A stretch of DNA of 64,000 nt, from positions 12,003,144 to 12,067,143 of the forward strand of contig NC_057750.1 of assembly GCF_004010195.1 (NCBI RefSeq), given 5' to 3'. The notes under the pieces are model-generated. The model was not told the origin of the DNA. It searched no databases and worked only from the letters and a program-made list of their open reading frames with translations. A program made the translations under genes and the position numbers. This document shows, one piece after another, positions 51,870-64,000 of this stretch. Each line of letters begins with the position of its first letter. Positions within the stretch are counted from its first letter, which is position 1. This stretch comes from Chiloscyllium plagiosum (lineage: Eukaryota).

Positions 51870-52080
51870 TGAAGTGCTGTGACCTATCAGTGTCACCCCC
51901 ACCTTCATCTACCTATTGCATTCCCAACTACCTCACCACACCCCCCTACCCCCCTCCATTTATCTCTCAGCCCCCTTGGGCCGCCCTCTCATTCCTGACG
52001 ATGAGCTCCTGCTCGAAACATTGACTCTCCTCAGATGCTGCCTGACCAGCTGTGCCTTTCCAGCGCCACACTTTGCGACA
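51870..52080 (+). mobile_element. Penelope pLTR fragment with hammerhead-like core
   Basis: CTGACGA-t-gagc-tcct-gctc-GAAAC at 51995-52019, then gatgctgcctgacc. Confidence 0.7.
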
Positions 52081-53292
52081 CATTAAAAAGCTGGCTTGAC
52101 TCCATGCAAATTTTAGGGGATAAGAACATGTTGGTCCCACAATTGTGCCAGCAGATGAAAGTGCTGGAAGTAGGTTCATGACCTGGATCAGCCTGCACCC
52201 TCAAAAGGCACTCCTGAAAATTGGATAGTCCGGAAATGGAGTTGTGAACCTCAGAACTGGGACCCACCCACAACATTTAAAGAGCTCCTGGGGTCATCTC
52301 AACTCAGCAACATTCAAGGCCTGAGCATTTTATTTTACTTCATCTCAGATCAGGGCCTGAGGTTTGGTCAGGATAGAACTGGATAGGTTAGTAATGAGTA
52401 TGTAGGGCAAGGGGTGGTGACTGCATGGGTTTGCACGAAGTGGGATGGGGCTATAAAAGGCCACTGGAGTATGTGTAAAGGCATAGCTTGGCATGGAGTA
52501 TATGAGGAGCCATATGCATGTTTGTGGGCCAGATGCAGAGTGAAGGCTCAAAAACCATTTCTTTTCAATACAGCTGGGAGAAAGTCCCAGAACATCACAG
52601 CTGGCCTTTCACACACCTTCAGATTTGCCAGCCCTTATGGTCACCTTTGAGCTATTTCTGGGAAAAACATTTTGGCCATTCAGGACACTTTCTCCTGAAT
52701 TGGATTTTTCATGACTGTTCCTGATTTAGGAGCACGATTTCAGACTTGTATATCATTACAAATTAAACAGTGTAAGTACTATTAGTTCTTTTAAAGACTT
52801 ATGATATTAACTTACTTAACCTTTTTACTGACCTTCCCCAACCCCAAGAACTCCCTTACCCTCTGACATCTTATAGTTTTATTCACTTTCTCTCTGGAAT
52901 TGAACCAAAGCTCTATCACAACTCTCAAGTATTGAGTCCAACTTATTTTCAGTGTTCCAGCTATTCACCAAGAGACAAGATTTCATGGGAGTCCTTCCAT
53001 TAGCCTTAGGTTGAATAACTCACCAATTTCTTAAGCACCCCATGACTCTAGACACGACAGCTCTGGCACCTTGCAATTCCTGCACAGTGACTTAAAGCAT
53101 CAGAAATACCCTTGGTTCCCAATAACTCACTGCATTAGTTTCAAACTGTAGCCAAGTTGATTAGAAGAACTGTCTGATTCACATCCAGCCCCTTCACCTT
53201 GTTGGCAAAAATGCGATCTGCACAAATGAGGAAGAGACTACTAGCTGATGGTGAGACCCCCATCATTTCCATTATATACCACCCGTGAGCGG

Positions 53293-53603
53293 AACTGATT
53301 GGGGTGAATGGTCACCATGGGAGTTCATCACATGCGTCCAATCTGTGTGTAAAAGCCAGCTGTCTCATAATATTATGCATTAGAATCAGTACAGAGATTG
53401 TATCTACAAAAGTTAGTGCTGGAATGGCAGAAGGGTTCTCTGGCACAAACTGATTGGGGTGAATGGTCAACATTGGGAACCCATCACATGCGTCCAATCT
53501 GTGTGTAAAAACCAGCTGTCTCATAATATTGTGCAATCGAATCAGTGCAGAGATTGTATCTACAAAAGTTAGTGCTGGAATGGCAGAAGGGTTCTCTCGC
53601 ACA
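53293..53603 (+). repeat. Tandem duplication, 2 x ~155 bp
   Basis: Units start aactgattggggtgaatggtca at 53293 and 53448 and differ by scattered substitutions. Confidence 0.92.
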
Positions 53604-54175
53604 CGGTATCAATAATGGGTAAAAGGAACCTCTTGCTCACATTAGAAGGGGAAGAGCAACACTTGTTTTGAATCAATACAATGCAGTAACTCTTCAAATA
53701 TGTGTTATTTTTCCCCAGCATAGAACCATGGAGTGCATACAAAACAGAATGAGTTCATTTGGCCTGTTCTATTCATGCCAGCTCTCTGCTCACTGCTAAA
53801 GCAATTCACCTGTTTCACTCCTTTGCATTTTCCCAGTAGTTATAGAATATTTTTTCTGTTCAGATAACTACCTAATCCTTATTTTGTAGACTTGAGTTCA
53901 ACCTGCCTCCACCATATTCTCAGTACACGCGTTCTTGGTTTCAACCACTTGTTTTTCTTCATGTCTCTGTTGCTCCTTCTTAAATCAGTGACCTCTAATG
54001 CTTGATTCTTTCACCAACAGGAACAGTTCCTGTCTACCTTTTCTATCCAAAATCCTTGTGATTTTGAACCCCTTCATCAAATTTCTTCTTAATCTTCTCC
54101 AACAAAGACTAGTGTCTTCAATGTGGGTTCCTAGCTTAATTAAGATCATGAATTGATGAGGACTCAGGAGGTAGA

Positions 54176-55308
54176 TGTTACAACCCTTGGGAAAGTTCAC
54201 TGATTCTCAAGCCCCATTGCTCCCAGGGTTACCACAAAAGTTAATGATATAATCAAAGCACACAAAATTCTTGATTTACCTGTTTGATGGAATCAAGTTA
54301 ACAGAAAACACCTACCAGGTTCCTGTACTTAGCAATAACTACCATTTAATACAAATAAATAAATTCTAATCGCAGGTGAGCAGCCATGAGCTATCAACAT
54401 ATGGCTCTACCATTTATAACTCTAACTCCCTTTTAAATCCCGTTGCAGACATACAAACAGAGACAGTCAAACAAACAAAACATTGGTCTTATGGGTGGAG
54501 GGAGAAAGGAACTGGGAAAAACAGTTCAACATTATGGGGCGGCACGGTGGCTCAGTGGTTAGCACTGCTGCCTCACAGTGCCAGGGACCCAGGTTTGATT
54601 CCAGCCTTGGGAGACTGTGTGGAGTTTGCACATTCGCCCCGTGTCTGCGTGGGTTTCCTCCCACAGTCCAAAGATGTGCAGGTTAGGTGAATTGGTCATG
54701 CTAAATGGTAGAGTTAGGTGCATTAGTTAGGGGGAATAGGTCTGGGTGGATTACTGGGAGGGTCGATGTGGACTAGTTGGGCCAAATGGCCTGTTTCCAC
54801 ACTGTTGGGAATCTAATCTAATCACTGGTTCACAAGACTCAGTCCTTTTTTTTACTGGGACCTCATGTTCTTCAATCTTCTTTCTTCAGATTCTTTCACT
54901 TCTTTGTAGAAGGCACAGGGTGTTTAGTACACTAACTACAAACTCCTTCAGTTGCTGGTTAAGGCAGTACCTTACAACAATTGCTCGGAAAAAAATAACT
55001 GGCTATCTTCAAGTGTTGCTACTGTAGAGCGAGAGAGACATATCGCCTGCCCTTACAGCATTCCAAAGTATCGTTTATATATGCAAGCTGTTCTCCTATC
55101 CAGAAACAATCGAAGAGTTGTCGTCAGGCTGATGACCTCTGGCATCTATGGCTGGTCACAATTGCACAAACCACTCAGTTGACCAAGAAGCACCCGTTCC
55201 AGTGCTGGGCTATTTACAAACAGCTTCCCCCACTGCTTGTCAAAGCACATGTAAACATTAAAAACAAATTACTGAAACTCATTTAAAAGTGCAGCAGTTC
55301 CTTTCACA
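54176..55308. mobile_element. Possible solo LTR containing a HE1 SINE
   Basis: TGttac...tcaCA ends and LTR-like composition. No convincing TSD. Confidence 0.3.
54536..54822 (+). mobile_element. HE1-type SINE
   Basis: Head, body and (aatct)n tail. Confidence 0.9.
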
Positions 55309-55899
55309 ATCTTTGGTTTTAAAACAATCCTTTTTAAATTTTAGCCCACAATCAAAAGTACAGAATGCAAATGATACAAACCCAATGACAGCATTAGGTC
55401 AGTTGCTGACCTTTTCTAATCAATCGTCAGAATTCTCTTGTTGATCCACCTGTTGTAAATCTCTGATATTTTAGAGATGCAATATCTAAAATGTTGATCT
55501 AAACATGAACTAAGATAGTTTGGGAAGTGATGTAAGATCACGTGACTACAAGGAGAAGGTACTCTTCAGCAGCCTTCTGGAAAAGGTGAAGTTTTAGCTT
55601 GCTCATTTTTTGTACCATGCTTAAGTGAAAATATGATGTTTGATGCTATAACAAAACACTTCTGCGATATTTATCAAAGTAAAAGTTAGGCATTTTGTGA
55701 TGTGATGGTAGTATCCCCATATTCAAGCTCCGATTGAAGTGCTACCTGCCACAGATATTGGTCACATCACATCTGAACAGGTTGATCAAAAACTTAGAAT
55801 GCAGAAGCTAATATAGCAGTCAGGAGCTATAAACAAAAACAGCCTCTGTTAAGGTGCTGCTTTCACTTCTGACCTTATGTCAAGAAGAACTTATGGAGT

Positions 55900-57075
55900 G
55901 GATTCATGAGGGCAGAACAATGGATATGATCTATAAGAACTTCAGCAAAGTTTTGACAGGTTAGCAAGGTTATATCTCATGGAATACAGGGAGAACTAGC
56001 CATTTGGATACAGAACTGGCTCGAAGGTAGAAGACAGAGGGTGGTGGTGGAGAGTTGTTTTTCAGACTGGAGGCCTGTGACCAGTGGAGTGCCACAAGGA
56101 TTGGTGCTGGATATACTGCTTTTCATCATTTATATAAATGATTTGGATGTGAACATAGGAGGTATGGTTAGTACGTTTGCAGATAACACCAAAATTGGAG
56201 GTGTAGTGGACAGCGAAGAAGGTTACCTCAGAGTCCAACGGGATCTGGACCAGATGGGCCAATGGGTCGAGAAGTGGCAGATGGAGTTTAATTCAGGTAA
56301 ATGTGATGTGCTGCATTTTGGAAAGGCAAATCTTAGCAGGACTTATACACTTAATGGTAAGGTCTGGGGGAGTGTTGCTGAACAAAGAGACCTTGGAGTG
56401 CAGGTTCATAGTTCCTTGTAATAGGTTATAAGGGTTATAGGTAGATAGGATAATGAAGAAGGTGTTTGGTATGCTATCCTTTATTGGTCAGAGCGTTGAG
56501 TACAAGAGTTGGGAGGTCATGTTGAGGACAGGACATTGAATAGGCCAATTTTGGAATATTGTGTGCAATATTCTGAAAGGGTTCAGAAAAGATTTACAAG
56601 GATGTTGCTAGGTTTGGAGGGGTCGAGCTTTGGGGGGAGGCTGAGTAGGCTGGGGCTGTTTTCCCTGGAGCATAGGTGGCTAAGGGCTGACCTTATAGAG
56701 GTTTATAAAATCATGAAGGGCATGGATAGGGTAAATAGACAAGTTTTTTTTCTTTAGGATGGGGGAATCCAGAACCAGACAGCTTAGGTTTAGAGTGAGA
56801 GGGGAAAGATTTAAAAGGGACCTGAGGGACAACTTTTTCACACAGAGGGTGGTGCATGTATGGAATGAGCTGCCAGAGGAAGTGGTGGAGGCTGATGCAA
56901 TTACAACATTTAAAAGGTATCTGGATGGGTATAATGCTGGGAAGGGTTGAGAGGGATATGGGCCAAGTTCTGGGAAATGGGATTAGATTAATTTAGGATA
57001 TCTGGTCGGCATGGATGAGTTGGACCAAAGGATCTGTTTCCGTGCGGTATATCTCTATGACTCTCTGACTCTGAG
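55900..57075 (+). mobile_element. CR1/HER1-type LINE, degenerate RT and 3' tail
   Basis: WRPVTSGVPQGLVL...FADNTKIGG...ERVQKRFTRML...FTQRVVHVWNELPEEVV and ctctatgactct tail. Confidence 0.95.
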
Positions 57076-57569
57076 TCAAGTGAAACTTTCTTGTGAAATT
57101 ATAGACATTTTGGAGTGAAACGTATACATCCAAATTAAATAAAAAATTAATTTGCACTTCTGTAAGCTTCAAATTTGCAGGTCCTCTCATCTCACATGGT
57201 AGCCCTCTCTCCTGCAAGCCAGCAGATTGTGGACCCAAGCCTCATTGGGTTGTGTAATCAAACATTTAGCAGATGCAGCCCTTGGAATCAAAGATGGTCT
57301 CCCAGTTCAGACAGATATCTGGGTTTTCCACAAGAAATAGGGAATTCATCTGGTGCACTAAGATTTGTTCCTGATCTAAAACACGAGAAAAGGAATCATT
57401 AACTAATCATATATGCAGAGTAATCTTCAGGCCTAGGCTAATCCTAGGGTTCAAATTCCACCATGGAATTTAAATTCAATGAATTAATCTGGAATTGAAG
57501 CTACTCTCCGTATTGATGGTCATGAAAACTATCATCCATGAAAATTGTTGTAAAAACCCACTTGGCTCA

Positions 57570-58770
57570 CTGTGTTCAATTCTGGTCTCCCTGCTATAGG
57601 AAAGTTAAACTTGAAAGGATGCAGAAATGATTTACAAAGATGATGCTGGGGATGGAGGATTTGAGCTATATGCAGAGGCTGAATAGGCTGGGGCTATTTT
57701 CCTTGGAGTGTCGGAGGCTGAGGTGTATAAAATTGTGAGGGTCATAGATAGGCCGAATAGCTAAGGTCTTTTTCCCAGGGTTGGGAAGTCCAAAACTATT
57801 GGACCTAGGTTTAAGGTGAGAGGGGAAAGGTATAAAAGTGACCTGAAGGGCAATGTTTTTATGCAGAGGGTGATGGGTGTGTGGAATGAGCTGCTAGAGG
57901 AAGTGGTGGAGGCTGGTACAATTACGACATTTAAAAGGCATCTGAACAGGTACGTGAATAGGAAGGGTTCAGAGGGATATGGATCAGATGCTGGCAAATG
58001 GGACTGGATTAATTTAGGATGGCTGGTAGGCCTGGACAATTTGGATGGAAGGGTCTGGATTTCTCAACAACAAACCCAAACACGCAGACAAAACATGTCC
58101 AGAAATCTTAGCCACTCTCCCCTACATCAAAGACTTCTCGGAAATGACTGCCAGACTACTCAGACCTTTTGGCATCATGGTAGCCCACAAACCCACCAAC
58201 ACACTAAAACAGCAGCTAACGAACTTGAAGGACCCTATACAGACAAGCAAAATTAATGTCATTTGCAAAATACCTTGCAAGAACTGTAACATACACTACA
58301 TTGGACAAACAGGCAGAAAACTCGGTCACCAGGATACATGAACACCAACTAGCCACAAAAAGACATGGCCCACTCTCACTGGTATCTTTAAATGCAGATG
58401 AAGAAGGACACCACTTTGACTGGGACAACACATCCATCCTCGGACAAGCCAAACAGAGACATGCATGAGAACTCCTAGAAGCATGGCATTCCAACCGGAA
58501 TTCTATCAACAAACACATTGATTTGGATCCCATTTACCACCCCTGCGAAAAAGAACAGGAAATGATATCACCACAGGAAATGACATTACCAACCCAAGGA
58601 ACCTAAACACATAAATAAAAAGCAGGCCATATCACCAGTGCTTCACCGGAGGCTTACTGATGATGTTACCTAGTATGGTGACGAAATGTCTGAAAACAAA
58701 CCTTCCAGTCAGCGAGCAAACTTACATCCAGAAGGGTCTGTTTCCGTGCTGTACATCTCTATGACTTTAT
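57570..58770 (+). mobile_element. CR1/HER1 3' end interrupted in its tail by a Penelope-like element
   Basis: QRVMGVWNELLEEVVEAGTITTFKRHL. The tail resumes at 58731. Confidence 0.9.
58058..58730 (+). mobile_element. Penelope-like element 3' part (GIY-YIG endonuclease plus pLTR)
   Basis: NVICKIPCKNCNIHYIGQTGRKL...RIHEHQLATKRH. 10-bp TSD gaagggtctg (58048-58057, 58731-58740). Hammerhead-like CTGATGA-t-gttacc..ggtgac-GAAA at 58657-58686. Confidence 0.92.
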
Positions 58771-60290
58771 AATGCCCTGTAGTGAAAAAAATCTACCGTC
58801 CTTACTGGTCTGGTCCAAATGTGACTCACACAGGAAAACTGCTGTGTTGGAATTTGTACCAATATTACCTGTGCTTCAGGGTCTGGCCTGAATGGCCGAG
58901 AATGCCACTCAGTTAAAGGGCAATTTAGGACAGGCAACAAATGCTGGCATTGCTAGCAATGCCCATATCCTGTGAAAGCATACAGGAAAAACAAGGCTGT
59001 TTGACATTCTACAGATATCCCCTTTCCACATCCACCAACACCAAGATACAGCTGGTCTTATGGATAGCTCAGTGCCAATCTGGATCCGCTTGAAGTAGGC
59101 TCCATGATTTGATGCAGATGTTGGCTCTGGCTTTTATGTAGGGGAGGAGGTTCTGACTCAGGGTTAGGTGGTTGGTGCAGGTGTATGGTGGTTCCTTTCC
59201 ACTCTGCATTCCCAATGTGTTCTCGGTTCTACCAGTGAGTGAAAGGGCAGGACACTCAGATGTTGTGCGTAAACAGAAGCCAAGAGCTAGACCTACCTGG
59301 ACCCTGGTAATCGGAGGACAATTTGACCTAATGTAAGCAAAGACTGGCAAACAGATCTAGGAAGTGAGCGTGGCAGCTGGAGCTGATTTATCATCTGCTG
59401 CTGTATAAAACCACAGTCTCAAGACAGCAGGCAGATCTTAATCATCTTCTCAAACATCCATTATTTGCTGCACTGGTAAGGAGGAGGTTTTATTATCTCC
59501 TCAATTAAGTGAATGGGTCAACGGTGGCTAACAACTAGCTGATCAGAATGCATTCTGTGGACTAGTCTGACTGACTGTAATGCTAGTGCTGTGACAGATA
59601 AAACAGCTAAACCTGACACTTGCAGAGCACTTTAAAATGCCAAAATCCCCCAAAGTACTTCGCACAATGAATTTGTTTTGAAGCACAGGGATTGTTGGTA
59701 TATATTCCAGCCCTGGCAGCTGCCTTGTGTTTGCAACATCCTGCAAATTTGAATGGAAAAACAAATGCAGATCTATCAGTAAAGAGTGCAGGAATGGGAC
59801 AAAAATGATTAGCTCTACCACAGAGCATGATACGCCAAATGATTTTCATCTACAATGGATCATTCTGTGAATTATGGGACCAGCAGGACCAACATTTGTT
59901 GCTCATCCCTAACTTTCCTTGAACTGATTGGCTTGCTACGATATCTTAGAAAGCAGTTAATAGTCAAACAAATTACTGCGAGTCGGGAGTCACATGTCGG
60001 CTAGACCAAGTAAAGGTGGCAGATTTCATAAGGACAGCAGATTTCATTCTCTGAAGGACATTAGTGAACCACATGGATTTCTACAATAATTGGCGATGGC
60101 TTCATAATCACCACTACAGCTATGAGCTTTCAGTCCCAAAATAATTAATAAATGCCAACGATGCTCACATCCCAAAAGTAGATGAAGATTATTGAGTGTG
60201 AAGTGTGTCAAACTGTTCTGTGGAGAAGATAGGGCGTGGAAGGTGAATCCTTCAGGTAGGGCAGAGGATATACTCTGTTTTCTTTGGTCG

Positions 60291-60459
60291 AACTATAGAC
60301 CGGTGAGCCTGACATCAGTGGTGGGCGAGTTGTTGGAGGAAATCCTGAGGGATAGGATTTACATGTATTTGGAAAGGCAAGGCCTGATCAGGGATAGTCA
60401 ACATGGCTTTGTGCTTAGGAAATTGTGTCTCACAAACTTGATTGGGTTTTTTGAAGAAG
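60291..60459 (+). mobile_element. Isolated internal CR1 RT fragment
   Basis: NYRPVSLTSVVGELLEEILRDRIY...SQHGF, homologous to 62674-62841. Confidence 0.85.
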
Positions 60460-60516
60460 ACAGTGTATTCCTATTAGAGTGAAAGGCAAGGCTGGTAGGT
60501 TTAGAGAATGCTGGAT

Positions 60517-62063
60517 GAATTGAATTAAGTTGAATTTATTGTCACGTGTACCAAGGCACAGTGAGAAGCTTTGTCTTGCGAGCAAAACAGGCAGATCATG
60601 GAGTTATGTAGCATAGGCGACACAGTGGTTAGCACTGCTACCTCACAGCGCCAGAGACCCGGGTTCAATTCCCACCTCAGGGAACTAACTGTTTGGAGTT
60701 TGCACATTCTCCCCGTGTCTGCGTGGGTTTGCTCCGGTTTCCTCCCACAGTCGAAAAATGTGCAGGTTAGGTGAATTGGCCATGCTAAATTGCCCGTAGT
60801 GTTAGGTGAAGGGGTAAATGTAGGGGAATGGGTCTGGGTGGGTTGCGCTTCGGGGGGACGGTGTGGACTTGTTGGGCCGACAGGCCTGTTTCCACACTGT
60901 AAGTAATCTAATCATAGATAAGTAAATAATAGGTAAACAGGTACAGATGAATGTTAAGAGTTTGTCAGTCCATTCAGTATTCTAACAACAGTAGGGTAGA
61001 AACTGTTTCGAAACCGGCTGGTGTGTGTGTGCATGTGTTCAGGCTTCTGTACCTTCTCCCCGATGATAGAGATTGTAGAAAAACATTGCCAGGGTGGGAT
61101 GGATCTTTGAGAATGCTGGCCTTTCCTTGACAGCAGGGCCTGGTAGATGGATTCTATAGATGGCAGGTTGGCCTTTGTGATTGTCCGGGCCGAGTTTACC
61201 ACTCTCTGTAACCGTCTCCGATCTTGAATGGTACAGTTGCCATACCAGGTAGTGGTACATCCAGACAGAATGCTCTCGATGGTGCACCTATAAAAGTTGG
61301 CAAGGGTATTCGCCATCATGCCGAATTTCCTCAGCTGTCTGAGGACGAAGAGACATTGTGGGGCCTTTATAATCAGTGCATTCACATGAAGAGTCCAAGA
61401 AAGCTTGTTATTGATGACCACTCCCAGGAGCTTGACACTGTCCACTCATTCCACCTCTGTGCTGTTAGTGTGTAGGGGGGCACGAGTAACATCCCGCCGA
61501 AAGTCAATAATGAGTTCCTTGGTTTTGCCAGCATTGAGGGCTAGGTTGTTCTCAGTGCACCATTTTTCCAGGTCTTCCAGCTCCCGTCTGTAGTCTGTTT
61601 TGTTGCCATCTGAGATTTGACCGACTATGGTGGTGTCATCAGCAAACTTGTAAATGGCATTAGTCTTGTATTTGGTGAAGCAGTCATGGGTATACAGTGA
61701 GTACAGTAGGGGGCTGAGTACGCACCCCTGGGGGGCTCCAGTGTTGAGTGTTAGTGAGGATGAAATATTGTCCCCAGTCTTCACTGATTGTGGCCAGTGG
61801 GTCAGGAAACTGAGGATCCAGTTGCAGAGAGTGGGGCTTAGTCCGAGATCACTAAGTTTAGTAATCGGTATCGAGGGAATAATAGTGTTGAAGGATGAAC
61901 TGAAGTCAATGAGTAGGATTCTTACGTAGCTGATCTTGGTGTCAAGATGTTCGAGGGAGGAGTGAAGGGCAAGTGATCTGGCATCTGACGTGGATTTGTT
62001 GGTCTGATAGGCAAATTGGAGTGGGTCAAGAGTAATGGGGAGGGTGGACTTGATTAATGCCAT
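60517..62063 (-). mobile_element. Rex1/Babar-type LINE, 5'-truncated, RT largely open
   Basis: LDPLQFAY...[18 protein letters not shown]...[21 protein letters not shown]...KFADDTT, then FYRCTIESILSGC...WYGNCT. The 3' UTR contains a HE1 SINE. Confidence 0.9.
60617..60912 (+). mobile_element. HE1-type SINE inside the Rex1 3' UTR
   Basis: Near-complete HE1 flanked by catag repeats. Confidence 0.9.
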
Positions 62064-64000
62064 GACTAGAGAAATTGAGGTTATGGTTAAGAAAAAGAAG
62101 GAAGCATATGTCAGGTATAGACAACAGAGATCGAGTGAATCCTTAGATTATAAAGGCAGTAGGAGTATACTTAAGAGAGAAATCAGGAGGGCAAAAAGGG
62201 GACATGAAATAGCTTTGGCAAATAGGGTTAAGGAGAATCCGAAGGGATTTTATAAATATATTAAGGACAAAAGGGTAACTAGGGAGAGAATAGGGCCCCT
62301 CAAAGATCAGCAGGGTAGCTTTTGTGAGGAACCACAGGAGATGGGGGAGATACTAAACGAGTATTTTGCGCAAGTGTTTACTGTGGAGAAGGACATGGAA
62401 GATATAGAATGTGGGGAAATAGATGGTGACATCTCGAAAAATGTCCAAATTGCAGAGAAGAAAGTGCTGGATGTCTTGAAATGCATGAAGGTGGATAAAT
62501 CCCCAGGACCTGTTCAGGTGTAGCCTAGAACTCTGTGGGAAGCTAGGGAAGTGATTGCTGGGCCTCTTGCTGAGATATTTGTATCATTGATAGTCATAGA
62601 TGAGGTGCTGGAAGACTGGAGTTTCGCTAACGTGGTGCCACTTTTTAAAAAAGGTGGTAAGGATAAGACAGGGAACTATAGACTGGTGAGCCTGACATCG
62701 GTGGTGGACAAGTTGTTGGAGGAAATCCTGAGGGATATGATTTACATGCATTTGGAAAGGCAAGGACTGATTAGGGATAGTCAACATGGCTTTATGCGTG
62801 GGAAATCATTTCTCCTGAACTTGATTGAGTTTTTTGAAGAAGTAACGAAGGGCATTGATGAGGGCAGAGGGTGAATGTGATCTACATGGACTTCAGTAAG
62901 GCGTTTGACATGGTTCCCCATGGAAGACTGGTTAGCAAGGTCATATCTCATGGAATACAGGGAAAACTAACCATTTGGATACAGAATCTGCTTGAAGGTA
63001 GAAAACAGAGGGTGGTGGTGTTGGGTTCCTTTTCAGACTGGAGGCCTGTGACCAGTGGAGTGCCACAAGGATCAGTGTTGGGTCCCCTGCTTTTTGTCAT
63101 TTATATAAATAATTTGGATATGAACATAGGAAGTATAGTTATTAAGTTTACAGATGACACCAAAATTGGAGGTATAGTGGACAGTGAAGAGGGTTACCTC
63201 AGATTACAACAGGATCTGGACCAGATGGGCCAATGGGCTGAGGAGTGGCAGATGAGGTTAATTTAGATAAATGTGAGGTACTACATTTTGGAAAGGTAAA
63301 TCAGAGCAGGACTTATACACTTAATGGTAAGGTCCAGGGGAGTGTTGCTGAACAAAGAGACCTTGGAGTACAGGTTCATAGTTCGTTGAAAGTGGAGTCG
63401 CAGGTAGATAGGATAGTGAAGAAGGCTTTGGTATGCTTTCCGTTATTGGACAGAGCAATGAGTATAGGAGTTGGGAGGTCATGTTATGGCCCTACAGGAC
63501 ATTGGTGAGGCCACTTTTGGAATATTACATGCAATTCTGCTCTCCTTCCTATTGGAAGGATGTTGTGAAACTTGAAAGGATTCAGAAAAGATTTACAAGG
63601 ATATGGCCAGGTTTGGAGATTTTGAGCTATAGGGAGAGGCTGAATAGGCTGTGGCTGTTTTCCCTGGAGCATTGGAGGCTGAGGGATGACATTATAGAGC
63701 TTCATAAAATCATGAGGGGCATGGATAGGATAAATAGACAAGGTCATTTCCCTGATTTGGGGGGAGTTCAGAACCAGACGGCATAGGTTTCGGGTGAGGG
63801 GGAAAAATTTAAAAGGGACCTAAGGGGCAACATTTTCATGCAGTGGGTGGTGTGTGTATGGAATGAGCTGTCAGAGGGACTGGTGGAGGCTGGTACAATT
63901 ACAACATTACTGGATGGATATATGAATAGGAAGGGTTTGGAGGGATATGGGCCAAGCGCTGACAAATGGGATTAGATTAGGTTGGGATATCTGGTCGGCA
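62062..64000 (+). mobile_element. CR1/HER1-type LINE ORF2, degenerate, running off the window end
   Basis: KENPKGFYKYIK...DKSPGP...NYRLVSLTSVV...YMDFSKAFD...GVPQGSVLGPLLF...KFTDDTKIGG, with stops and frameshifts. Confidence 0.96.

Overview
This is repeat-dense vertebrate genomic DNA, almost certainly from a shark. That inference rests on many HE1-type tRNA-derived SINEs, their CR1/HER1-type partner LINEs and Deu-domain SINEs. I recognise no intact cellular CDS. The one clear host-gene signal is a small CpG island with a probable non-coding first exon and splice donor at about 28650-28792 (+), so the rest of the window is probably a long first intron. Nearly all listed ORFs are decayed transposon pieces: CR1, Rex1/Babar, RTE, L1/Tx1, Penelope-like, Gypsy and Harbinger. 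Two patterns stand out. (1) At two independent loci (about 1-1791 and 31396-32372), LTRs of one Gypsy-type family have been hit repeatedly by non-LTR elements at the same TATA-box site (TATAAACAGGAG), which suggests a target-specific retroelement parasitising an LTR promoter. (2) At least three Penelope-related families carry minimal hammerhead ribozyme motifs with covarying stems, often inside hairpin-shaped non-autonomous insertions. All family names come from motif recognition by eye with no database search, and boundaries are approximate unless a TSD is quoted.
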